In this document: positions 20,501 to 28,618 of the stretch, in pieces | Position numbering within the stretch: position 1 is the stretch's first letter | Layout of the letters: each line of letters opens with the position of its first letter | NCBI GenBank assembly: GCA_038890875.1 | Contig: JAWAFA010000001.1 | Span: 419,910-483,909, forward strand | DNA: 64,000 nucleotides | Source: Candidatus Pacearchaeota archaeon | Lineage (GTDB): Archaea > Nanobdellota > Nanobdellia > Pacearchaeales > JAPDKA01 | Direction of reading: 5' to 3' | Position numbers and translations under genes: made by a program | The notes under the pieces: generated by a model | The model's database searches: none | The model's input: the letters and a program-made list of their open reading frames with translations, nothing else | What the model was told of the DNA's origin: nothing

Positions 20501-23341
20501 ATCAACATCGATTGAGCCTGTTGCATTAGCAATTAAGGTTGAACTCTTATAAGCTGGTGTTGGTTCAACTATCAAGCTTGGAGGAGTTGTTGGCGCGTCA
20601 TTTATAGGGTTAACTATAACAGTAACCGTTGCTATGTTTGAAATATTTGCACCATCATTAGCTATATACCTAAAGCTGTCTATTCCATACCAATCAGGTT
20701 CAGGTATATAAATGAAAGATCCATTTGCATTTAATACCAAATTACCATGAGAAACACTATTTACAAGGACGGCTGTTAGTGTATCACCATCTACATCACT
20801 ATCATTTGCTAAAACTCCAGGAGCAGAAATTGTAAGTATATCATTTTCATTTACACTATAAGTATCATCATTAGCAAGAGGAGCATCATTTACTGGACTC
20901 ACATTTATTGTTACAGTTGCAACAGAACTATTATCCATGCCATCACTTACTATATAGCTAAAGCTATCAATGCCGTTGAAGTTTGGATCTGGGGTGTATA
21001 TGAAAGAGCCGTCTGAGTTGAAAATTAAGTTACCATTGCTAACACTACTCACAAGAATTGCTGTTAATGTATCGCCATCAGTATCATTATCATTTGCAAG
21101 CACACCCGGAGCTGGAATGCTTAATGATTCGTCCTCCAAAATTTCATAATAATCATCATTTGCAATAGGCGCATTATTAATTACAGTTGTCGTTATATCT
21201 TGAGTTTCATTATATAATCCTGCATTTATTGTTGAATTGGCATAGACTCTAACTACATAACTTCCTGGAATGCTTGAACTCACGTCGAGCTGTACGAGCT
21301 TACTTTCGCCAGCTCCAAGAATTATAGAACTTTCATTTAGCCAGACATTTGCACCATTATAATTTATAACACCAAGCACAAAATTATTCCAAACATTCCC
21401 AGTGTTTGTTATATTAATAATGTAAGTTGCATTGGCATTTTTTGAAACTGTTCTTGCGTAACTATCACTCTCCAAGATAACACCAAGTTGCAAATCATTA
21501 CTAAATCCTCTCGTGCATTGCTGGAATTGCCAATCACTTAAAGTATTAGTATCTTGGCCATTTGGCACTCGTGCCCAGCAAAGATCATTGCCAAGAGTGT
21601 CGGCAAGATTATAAGATACATCATCAACAATCTGATTGAAGTTATCATACAAAGTTATATTTTCACCACCATTGTTCAATAAGTTTGATGCAGATCTGAT
21701 TAAGTAACTTCCAGCATTGATAATCTGATTTAATGGAAGCACATTTCCTGCAGCGTCACGAATATACCAGCCAGTGACATTAACATCATTTGCTGTCGGG
21801 TTATAAAGCTCTATCCAATCTCCGCTAGGAGTTCCGTTATTGCTTTCAAATTCATTTATGATAATAGCTGGTGGTGGTAAGAGTACAGTAAAGGCAACAG
21901 ATGCGCTTGCTAAATTTCCACTAGTGTCATTTGCCCATGCCTCAATTACATGCATGCCTTGAGCAAAAGTTTGTAAAATTGAATTTGTATATGTTATATT
22001 CACCCCCCCATCAATACTATACCAAACCTGATCAATAGCTACGTTATCGCTAGCACTAATATTTATCAAAATATCGCTTACAGTGTATGTTATGTTTTCA
22101 GGACTAACGATTATTATACTAGGAGCTTGTGTGTCTTGCACAGAAATATTAAAGCTAACACTTGCCGAGCCAACATTGTTGCTTACATCTTGAGCATAGA
22201 TGAATAGTGTATATGCACTATTTGCCAAGGTAAGAGTTGTGTTCTGGCAGCCTGGCAAGTTTTGAGGGGCCCCACCATTTAAAACATACCAACAAGCAGC
22301 TATACCATCATCATCAGAGACAATATAGTTTAATGGAATTGGCAATGATGCATAAGTTTGACCATCTTCAGGGCTAATTATAATGACACTTGGAGCATTG
22401 ATATCCCCAACTATGATTTGTTTTGTTGTACTTCTTTCATCACCATCAGCATCTCTTGCTGTCAACACAACATCGTAAGTGCCAGGCATGTTATAAGCAT
22501 GGCTTACACTTTGGCCATTTGCAATACCACCATCACCAAAATCCCAGCTAAAAGTAAGTGGTGCATCAAATGCTGTTCCACTCGCAATGAAACTTACGAC
22601 TTGGCCTATTGACGGAGAGCTCGGAGAAAAGCTGAAATCAATATTTTCAGGGACAGTATCTATAATGGTAACTCTCCAACCAGCAGAGGCTGTATTACCT
22701 CTACCATCACTTACAATAACTGCTATGTCAAAAACTTGAGCATCATTTACATTTGGTAGCTGCAATAGAAAGCTGTTTCCGCTTGCACTCTGTTGCTGAT
22801 TGTTGACATACCAAGTATAACTCAAAGTATCGCCATTTGGATCACTGGCAATTACAACAAAACTTTGTTGCAGTACGGCTTCACTTACACTAAAGGTATC
22901 TTGTGATGGGCTTTTGCTTGTTATTTGCGGTGGCTGATTAGATCCTTCAAAATAAATCCTTAATGTTTCACTTGTTGCGGTTTTGCCGCTTTTATCTTTT
23001 GTTCTTGCGTAAAAACTATGCCAGCCTGCTGTGTTATGCGTTACAATAGTTTGTAATGCACATGTACTAAAACCAGCACAATCTTTTTCAGAATAGAGTG
23101 CACCATCTTCATAAAGCCATATTTTTATAAGTCCAGCATTGTCGTCAATATCAATCCCATTGGCAAGTAGCGTAGATTGTGAAAATATTGGATTATGTGA
23201 AATTTCGCTTAGGGTAATCTTCGGAGCATAGTCATAAGCTTTTGCTAATTTGAGCATAAATAAGCTAAACATAAATATACTTATTACTAAAAAAGCCAAT
23301 ATCTTTCTATTCATCTTATAATTAATTTTAATGTTTACCAT
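17570..23341 (-). CDS. Giant cell-surface glycoprotein/adhesin (Ig-like, PKD, lamin-tail, tandem-95/cadherin-like repeats, beta-helix, C-terminal TM)
   Basis: Signal peptide; PKD WDFGDG; LTD IIINEF..DWIELYNP; repeated NDAP.A.DD.Y..GVLAND.D.DGD..DSF.Y; NS-rich pentapeptide run; CGNNICE..E...CPQDC; TM helix followed by a basic tail. Start may be the ATG at 23314. Confidence 0.88.
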   Translation of the reverse strand: MVNIKINYKMNRKILAFLVISIFMFSLFMLKLAKAYDYAPKITLSEISHNPIFSQSTLLANGIDIDDNAGLIKIWLYEDGALYSEKDCAGFSTCALQTIVTHNTAGWHSFYARTKDKSGKTATSETLRIYFEGSNQPPQITSKSPSQDTFSVSEAVLQQSFVVIASDPNGDTLSYTWYVNNQQQSASGNSFLLQLPNVNDAQVFDIAVIVSDGRGNTASAGWRVTIIDTVPENIDFSFSPSSPSIGQVVSFIASGTAFDAPLTFSWDFGDGGIANGQSVSHAYNMPGTYDVVLTARDADGDERSTTKQIIVGDINAPSVIIISPEDGQTYASLPIPLNYIVSDDDGIAACWYVLNGGAPQNLPGCQNTTLTLANSAYTLFIYAQDVSNNVGSASVSFNISVQDTQAPSIIIVSPENITYTVSDILINISASDNVAIDQVWYSIDGGVNITYTNSILQTFAQGMHVIEAWANDTSGNLASASVAFTVLLPPPAIIINEFESNNGTPSGDWIELYNPTANDVNVTGWYIRDAAGNVLPLNQIINAGSYLIRSASNLLNNGGENITLYDNFNQIVDDVSYNLADTLGNDLCWARVPNGQDTNTLSDWQFQQCTRGFSNDLQLGVILESDSYARTVSKNANATYIINITNTGNVWNNFVLGVINYNGANVWLNESSIILGAGESKLVQLDVSSSIPGSYVVRVYANSTINAGLYNETQDITTTVINNAPIANDDYYEILEDESLSIPAPGVLANDNDTDGDTLTAILVSSVSNGNLIFNSDGSFIYTPDPNFNGIDSFSYIVSDGMDNSSVATVTINVSPVNDAPLANDDTYSVNENDILTISAPGVLANDSDVDGDTLTAVLVNSVSHGNLVLNANGSFIYIPEPDWYGIDSFRYIANDGANISNIATVTVIVNPINDAPTTPPSLIVEPTPAYKSSTLIANATGSIDVDGDIITYYYEFRNNATGVILQTWSTNNTFDCLTSAGCNKNDDVLVIAGAFDGIEFSGNITVVKDIKNTPPVIQNDVYNTNEDNILTVPTAQGLLVNDSDIDIDILSAILVTNVSNGVLTLNSDGSFTYIPNANFNGIDSFTYVANDGEANSNIATVTINVVPVNDAPYLITLIPDVTFDEDSYNDSLDMTNYFADVDNATLVYSFTSNNSNVIVTFVGTRVNITANPNWNGIAEVTLIASDGEYSANDTIIVTVNPVPDYGVSITATPSSQTVGLLEPAIYTINITNIGDTQDNFNLTIQNINNADQAILNETTTPMLNQGGSYIVSLTVSDSNPGVYIVNVIATSNSNTSISNITSTTTSVVTLDTGWIFNSTVNGTFYVSQSTGIFNNINDSIIKNFSTIKASAGGNFNEDILILDSNIDNSTVENSWLTAVNATASIINNSILNNCTVINATVKGIIASNCYLADGIYDPPQPTNNLTGSNLTNSHTYQSNVTYSNVSYSNITYSNVDKAIINESNITYSNISNSTIESSNLDYSNISDSIVANSMLINSTVENSEIENSTLTNSTTNNSTITNSMLNDSNVTNSTINNSSLNNSTVINSDLENITATNTIITNSTLGNATLIDANVTDNVLYNGTIITTNFTYNATNNTPLNLSNSSALPSVRIVITSPSPYYEDESISFNALIGGQFNTNDNITYEWDWTNDGTFDYSAINVSTATHTYNNPGRYIAKVKVTDVHGTSAWSTISFRVVQKIVEERGGGGREALVAPICGNNICEGNESVYCPQDCKIIPNLTVTTTPKPKVKAIEIKSDDRLVIVRLLSSIEVVNNNNNKIDPNTIKIEKITDLTLLPTLPQDVYLVRAYKFTPAVRFGEDVELIIKINEEFAEGANLFIYNYEGGGWRKIESVWDKENGKVVALVDSAAIIGLFVDRLPIIPVTGGVIGWLKSNWHIAIIALLGLIIVILAVAIIVKKVRH

Positions 23342-25197
23342 TTTGCCTTAAAACCTAGATAAATTTCCCCAGATTTAATTTTGTTGCCAACAGTATTCAT
23401 TTCACCGCATCCAAAAATTCCCCAACTTTTTCTTTTTCCTTCACTACAAACACTGTAACTATTACGATTTTGATTTGTATCTAGAGAATATTTACTTTCA
23501 ACTCCCCACTTTTCATTTCCATAACCAAAAGTGAAACCATAATTAGGTCGATTCTTGTCAAAGTTAACATCAACACCACCATAAAAGCTTGTTGCATTTA
23601 ATAACTTTTCTATATCATTAATCTTATTCAAACCTTCAGGATTTGGTAGATAATTTAAATAAATTTTGTGTTGCCTATTGAAATAATTATTATTACCATA
23701 CCAAAGCGAGATTTTGTTATTTGCATCATCTTTGAAATAATTAATGATTAACGAGTTAGGACCAATATTATAAGCAAAATTTAAAATACCTTCGACATGG
23801 TCAGTGTTATCCACATTAGGTCCAATATTAACAAGAGGGACAAATTTTAATTCTAACTCTTTATGCTTATACTCTAAACTCGCTCCTATAGGAAAAACTC
23901 TTTTAATCTCTCTCATTTTGTCACTATATGATATTGTGTCATAATTTTGTATTTCGAAAGTATCACAAGAAACCTCTTCACCATTTATATAAACACATGT
24001 TGTGCCAGATGTTTTATTATTAACAATCTCTACTAAATCTAACTTATTCTTCACTCTACTTTCTTCGATCCCTCCGATTATCCCTCCATAAAGCCTTCCA
24101 ATTTTTTGCTTTGCTTTAATTCTTGCTTTTGTTAAAAGTTCATCTGTTTTGCTTTTTCCATTAACATTAATAAATGTTTCAATATCGCCTTGTGTTACCG
24201 TTCTAATTTCAAAAGGATTGTTCGTTATGTCTTCTTCGTAAAAAGGAGTTATTTCTTGATAAGTCTCATTTATATCATCTCTACTCATCTTAGTAGTAAT
24301 ACTAACATTCCCTTCAATATTCAAGAAGGCATTCTTCCAACCAATAGAGCCATGATATATCATTGGCATTTCTAATAAAGTTCCTTTTTCTTTTTTTTCA
24401 AAACTAATGCCCAGATCTCCATAGATATCACTTTCTCTACCTTTTCCGATCCCTTTCCTTCCCTCTCCAAACAACGTTACTCTTTGTTCTTTTCTTCCTC
24501 CCGTACCAAAAAAGAATACCTCAATATTATCTCTATTATTTTCACCAACATTTACTTTTGCATCATAACTAACAATTCCTTGACTATTATAATCTAAATC
24601 TCCTAAAAAAGAGACTGAACTAGGTTTTATTATTTTTATCTCATTTTGTCGAGGTGGTATTTGAGGTTTGATTTGCAATAGTTCTTGAGGTTTTGGCTTT
24701 TCTTTCTTTTCTTTTTCTTTGATGATAGTTTCAACTTGCTCAGAAATTATCTCTTCTTCTTTAGGTTTTTTCTTAACTTCTTGTGCCATCATCTCTTTTT
24801 TTTCTCCTTTGAATAAAACCCCATAAGATTTAGGATCGATTAATTTTTTAATCTCGTCCAAATTATTTGGTTGTAATGAGTAAACATAACCTCCTGCTTT
24901 AACAAAAATCTCTTGAGAATTATTTTGAATAAAAACTAATGTTACGGGATCAGACAAGTTTAAGCAATTACTAAGCACTGTTTGAATCTCAGGATCAACT
25001 ATTGTATACTCTGTTCCAAGTGAATATTCAATAGCTTTTACAGATGTTTTGTAGTCTTTACTTTCTTTTTTACTCCAAAAATCTTCAGCTCTTGGGCATC
25101 CTGACTGGTTTTCTAACCCTTGTGTTAAACCAAGACTACCAAGAGCAATTCCCAAAGCAAAAATTATGCTCTCCAGAGTTCTTTTCAATTTTGTCAT
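23335..25197 (-). CDS. Exported hypothetical protein with a beta-strand-rich C-terminal half (beta-barrel-like)
   Basis: N-terminal signal/TM, charged linker, then many short Gly/aromatic amphipathic strands; ends YLGFKAKW. Confidence 0.7.
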   Translation of the reverse strand: MTKLKRTLESIIFALGIALGSLGLTQGLENQSGCPRAEDFWSKKESKDYKTSVKAIEYSLGTEYTIVDPEIQTVLSNCLNLSDPVTLVFIQNNSQEIFVKAGGYVYSLQPNNLDEIKKLIDPKSYGVLFKGEKKEMMAQEVKKKPKEEEIISEQVETIIKEKEKKEKPKPQELLQIKPQIPPRQNEIKIIKPSSVSFLGDLDYNSQGIVSYDAKVNVGENNRDNIEVFFFGTGGRKEQRVTLFGEGRKGIGKGRESDIYGDLGISFEKKEKGTLLEMPMIYHGSIGWKNAFLNIEGNVSITTKMSRDDINETYQEITPFYEEDITNNPFEIRTVTQGDIETFINVNGKSKTDELLTKARIKAKQKIGRLYGGIIGGIEESRVKNKLDLVEIVNNKTSGTTCVYINGEEVSCDTFEIQNYDTISYSDKMREIKRVFPIGASLEYKHKELELKFVPLVNIGPNVDNTDHVEGILNFAYNIGPNSLIINYFKDDANNKISLWYGNNNYFNRQHKIYLNYLPNPEGLNKINDIEKLLNATSFYGGVDVNFDKNRPNYGFTFGYGNEKWGVESKYSLDTNQNRNSYSVCSEGKRKSWGIFGCGEMNTVGNKIKSGEIYLGFKAKW

Positions 25198-25275
25198 TGT
25201 AAAATTACAATACTTCCAATTTAAAAAACTTTCTCTTAATTTTTGTTACTACTTTTAGGTAATTTTTAATAAATT

Positions 25276-25530
25276 TCATTCGCTAGATTTTGCAAGAGCA
25301 CGCCGTATGCTTATAATTATAATAACTAAAAGGATTATTAAGAATAAAATCAAAAATGAAAAGAACCAAATAGTAGAATTGCTAATCTTTCCATCATTGA
25401 CTACCCCTCCACTTATGGCATTATTGACCTCATTGACCTTTAAAGCATCGACAAATAAAAAAATAAGCACTGCAATAAAGATTATTATTATAAGAATAAA
25501 CACTGCTCCTGGATTTCCTTCTTCTTCCAT
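25276..25530 (-). CDS. Small two-TM membrane protein
   Basis: MEEEGNPGAVFILII...; start reassigned to ATG at 25530. Confidence 0.6.
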   Translation of the reverse strand: MEEEGNPGAVFILIIIIFIAVLIFLFVDALKVNEVNNAISGGVVNDGKISNSTIWFFSFLILFLIILLVIIIISIRRALAKSSE

Positions 25531-25628
25531 CTTTTTTAATATTTTTAGAACTTTTAAAATTATTGCTTTATAGAAATGTTTAAATATATTTAAATATATA
25601 TTTACTCTTGTTTTTAAAAGAGTAAAAA

Positions 25629-26480
25629 ATGTCAGATAAATTTGAAGAAATCTATAAAGCAATAAAGACATTAAAGATCCAAGGAGCCGAGAATGTTGCA
25701 AAAGCTGCACTTAAAGCTTTGCGTTATAGAAATGATAAAAAGGCAATTGCAAGACTTGTAAAGTTAAGGCCAACAGAACCAGCCTTGCGCAATGCTATAG
25801 CTTTAACTATGACTATCGTCGATAAAGGCAAAAGTTGGAATGAGGCAATAAGAACAATTGAGCAATACTTTGAAACTTTTGATAAGAAAGTAGAAGAATA
25901 TGCGGCAAGAATAATTGAAAATGATTCTGTAATCTACACTCATTGTCATAGCAATACTGTAGAGAGAGTGTTGAAGCTTGCAAAAATGCTTGGTAAGGAG
26001 TTTAAGGTGTATGTAACAGAAACAAGACCACTCTTTCAAGGCAGAATTACTGCTGAAAGGCTTGCAAAAGCAGGAATTCAAGTAGTACTTGGAGTTGATA
26101 GCAATGCTACCCACTTCATAAAAAAAGCTGATATGTTTCTTTTTGGTGCAGATGCGATAACTGCTGAAGGAAATGTTATAAATAAAATAGGGACAAATAT
26201 GTTTGCAGAAATCGCTCAGCGTTATGACGTGCCTTGCTATTGCCTCACTATAGGTTTAAAGTATGACCCGGCGACTAAATATGGTTACGAAGAGCCAATC
26301 GAAGAAAGGTCAAGTAAGGAAGTTTGGGAGAAAAAAATAAGAAATGTGAAAATAGTCAATCCTGCTTTTGAGATTGTTGAAGCAAAAAATATAAATGCAA
26401 TAATTAGTGAATTTGGAATTTTAAGCCCAGCCCAGTTTGTTATCGAAGCAAATAAACTTTGGCGAGATAGTTTAATTTAA
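25629..26480 (+). CDS. Ribose-1,5-bisphosphate isomerase (eIF2B-like family)
   Basis: IQGA, RPTEPALRN, THCHS (catalytic Cys), ETRP..QG, GADAI, NKIGT, NPAF. Confidence 0.85.
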   Translation: MSDKFEEIYKAIKTLKIQGAENVAKAALKALRYRNDKKAIARLVKLRPTEPALRNAIALTMTIVDKGKSWNEAIRTIEQYFETFDKKVEEYAARIIENDSVIYTHCHSNTVERVLKLAKMLGKEFKVYVTETRPLFQGRITAERLAKAGIQVVLGVDSNATHFIKKADMFLFGADAITAEGNVINKIGTNMFAEIAQRYDVPCYCLTIGLKYDPATKYGYEEPIEERSSKEVWEKKIRNVKIVNPAFEIVEAKNINAIISEFGILSPAQFVIEANKLWRDSLI

Positions 26481-26600
26481 TAATAGTTGATTTTGTATTG
26501 ATTTTCTCATTATTAGGAACAAAAAATTAGAGTATAAGATACTACTAATAAATTGTACAAAAAACAAAAGGTTTATAAATAATTATTCTGAAGTTAATAT

Positions 26601-26912
26601 ATGATCACTAACAACTTGATGAAAAAGATTGAACTATTGTTATTTAGTAGTTTTATGGCATTCAATATTTATGGTAATGACTCATCTAAAGAGTATGAAC
26701 TCTGTCTTGAACTTGCTGAAAAAACTTACAAATCCTGCCTCGAGGCAAATAAAGAAAAACTTTACAGATGTTTAATCGACAATTGTACTAATGCTACTTA
26801 TGCTGAATTATGTTCTGAGGCTTGTTTTGAAGAAAATGAAAACAATGATTTAGCTTGCAAAGATAATTATGATATTGCAAAGATTGAATGCGAAGATATT
26901 CTTAAAAAATAA
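26601..26912 (+). CDS. Small, probably secreted, Cys-rich protein
   Basis: Signal-like N-terminus and 8 regularly spaced Cys; TATA box (ggtttataaa) upstream. Confidence 0.65.
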   Translation: MITNNLMKKIELLLFSSFMAFNIYGNDSSKEYELCLELAEKTYKSCLEANKEKLYRCLIDNCTNATYAELCSEACFEENENNDLACKDNYDIAKIECEDILKK

Positions 26913-26916
26913 TCGA

Positions 26917-27414
26917 TCAATAAATTAAAGCGATCACAACACCTCTAATTTGCTCAAATCTAACTTTTTCTATATCAGCATATTCATTGTTGTCGCCTTT
27001 TGTTATGGCATACCAACCTTTCTCATCATCGCCTATTTTTACAATTCTATGTATTATTACATCTCCAGAAACTGATCTATAAGAAATTATATCCCCCACC
27101 TGCAAATCACTTGGTTTTTCTGGTTTAATTTCAATAGCATTAGCTTCAACATCGAGTACAGGATCCATGCTTTTCGTTGCTGCAAATCTTACTAAAAAAG
27201 AGTTAGGTATTACAATCACAACTTTATCTTCATATATATGTATGCTACTTTCATTGATTCTATCCGCTGGCGAAGGTAAATCATTAGCTATACCAAATGG
27301 CTTTTCATTGAAAGAAAGCGCAAGCTGGCTTAAATAGAACATTGAAAATAATAATGCTAATAAAAAGAAAAATTGCAAAATTATCCAAATTTTGATTTTC
27401 ATTTTTATACTCAT
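26917..27414 (-). CDS. Signal peptidase I (S26, archaeal/ER type)
   Basis: TM anchor, KSMDPVL (Ser), GDII, IIHRIV (His), TKGDNN..D. Confidence 0.85.
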   Translation of the reverse strand: MSIKMKIKIWIILQFFFLLALLFSMFYLSQLALSFNEKPFGIANDLPSPADRINESSIHIYEDKVVIVIPNSFLVRFAATKSMDPVLDVEANAIEIKPEKPSDLQVGDIISYRSVSGDVIIHRIVKIGDDEKGWYAITKGDNNEYADIEKVRFEQIRGVVIALIY

Positions 27415-27522
27415 TTTAAAGTAAGAAAATTTTTTAATTTAAAAATATTTGTTATTACCATTCCAAAGTTGCAATGAAATTATTTAAGTGGGTAAAAAAT
27501 AAAGAAGTAAAAAACTAGAAAA

Positions 27523-28215
27523 ATGAAGGCCAAAGCACCTTATAAAATACCTTATAAAATTCTTTTTATTGATTTTGATGGAACTTTAATTGATAGTTTG
27601 AAAGCTCATTATCATGCTTTCAATGAAACTTTTCGCATTCATAATCTACCGCCAGTAAGTTTACAAAAATTTAAACATCTTTTTGGTTATTTCTCTGAAC
27701 AAATTATAAAGTATTTATTCCCTTATCTTAGTGAAAACGAAGTTAAAAAACTGGCTGAATATAAAAAAAAGATTTTTATTACTAAAATCTATAAACAAGT
27801 AAAACTTTTTCCTGCTGTTAATAAAACTTTGAATATTCTAAAAAAGCATTACCTTCTTGTTCTTGAGTCAAATGCTAGTTTTGCTGAAATAAAAAAAATT
27901 GCGCGATTTTGTAAACTTAACCTTAATTATTTTAGTTTAATATTAAGTAAGGAAAAAGTAAAACATAAAAAGCCAGACCCAGAATTAATAAAAAAAGCCG
28001 AGAAGTTTTTTAAGTTAAATAAACATGCCAAACATGCAACTGAGTATGTTGTTGGTGATAGTTTTGTTGATGTGCAACTAGCAAAGAGGGCAAAAGTAAA
28101 GTCAATTATAATAGCTCGCGATATTGAAACAAAGCAACTTATAAGAAAATATAAACCAGATCATATAATAAAAAATTTTAGTGAAATAATCAATATAACA
28201 AACAAAAACATCTAA
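27523..28215 (+). CDS. HAD-family hydrolase (phosphoglycolate phosphatase-like)
   Basis: DFDGTLIDS, KPDP, VGDSFVD. Confidence 0.9.
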   Translation: MKAKAPYKIPYKILFIDFDGTLIDSLKAHYHAFNETFRIHNLPPVSLQKFKHLFGYFSEQIIKYLFPYLSENEVKKLAEYKKKIFITKIYKQVKLFPAVNKTLNILKKHYLLVLESNASFAEIKKIARFCKLNLNYFSLILSKEKVKHKKPDPELIKKAEKFFKLNKHAKHATEYVVGDSFVDVQLAKRAKVKSIIIARDIETKQLIRKYKPDHIIKNFSEIINITNKNI

Positions 28216-28526
28216 AAATCGCTCCCTAAAATCTCTTTGCTGATTTTCATTAATTCATTGTATACTGCCCCAGGACTTTTTCTTTCTTCTTTACTTTTTT
28301 CTAAACTTACTATCCCAAGCATCTTTCTGATTGCCTCAACCTTATAACCTTCGTTGCCGCCTTTAAATTTCTCTTTTCTGCTTATTGAGAATAAACGGTT
28401 ACCATATTGTAACTGCGGCTCTCCTGACTTCGAAACTCCTCTATATTTTACACCCAACTTTTCTAATAATTTTTTAAATACCTCTTCAGAAGCATATTTA
28501 ACAGGCATAATCTTTTTATAATCCAC
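28212..28526 (-). CDS. Hypothetical basic protein (weak HicA-like topology)
   Basis: KKLLEKLGV..RG.S.SG pattern; no catalytic His. Confidence 0.55.
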   Translation of the reverse strand: MDYKKIMPVKYASEEVFKKLLEKLGVKYRGVSKSGEPQLQYGNRLFSISRKEKFKGGNEGYKVEAIRKMLGIVSLEKSKEERKSPGAVYNELMKISKEILGSDF

Positions 28527-28618
28527 TCTTTATAATTTTTACTGCTGCTATTGACTTTGATTGTTCCAATTTTTTAATTACAACAGAAGAATTAAAAAAT
28601 TTCTTTACACCTGTCTTA

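Noticed and set aside
18540..21200. Repetitive DNA resembling a repeat array or CRISPR
   Set aside because: The repeats are in-frame, degenerate protein repeats of the adhesin, with no constant repeat/unique spacer pattern and no cas genes
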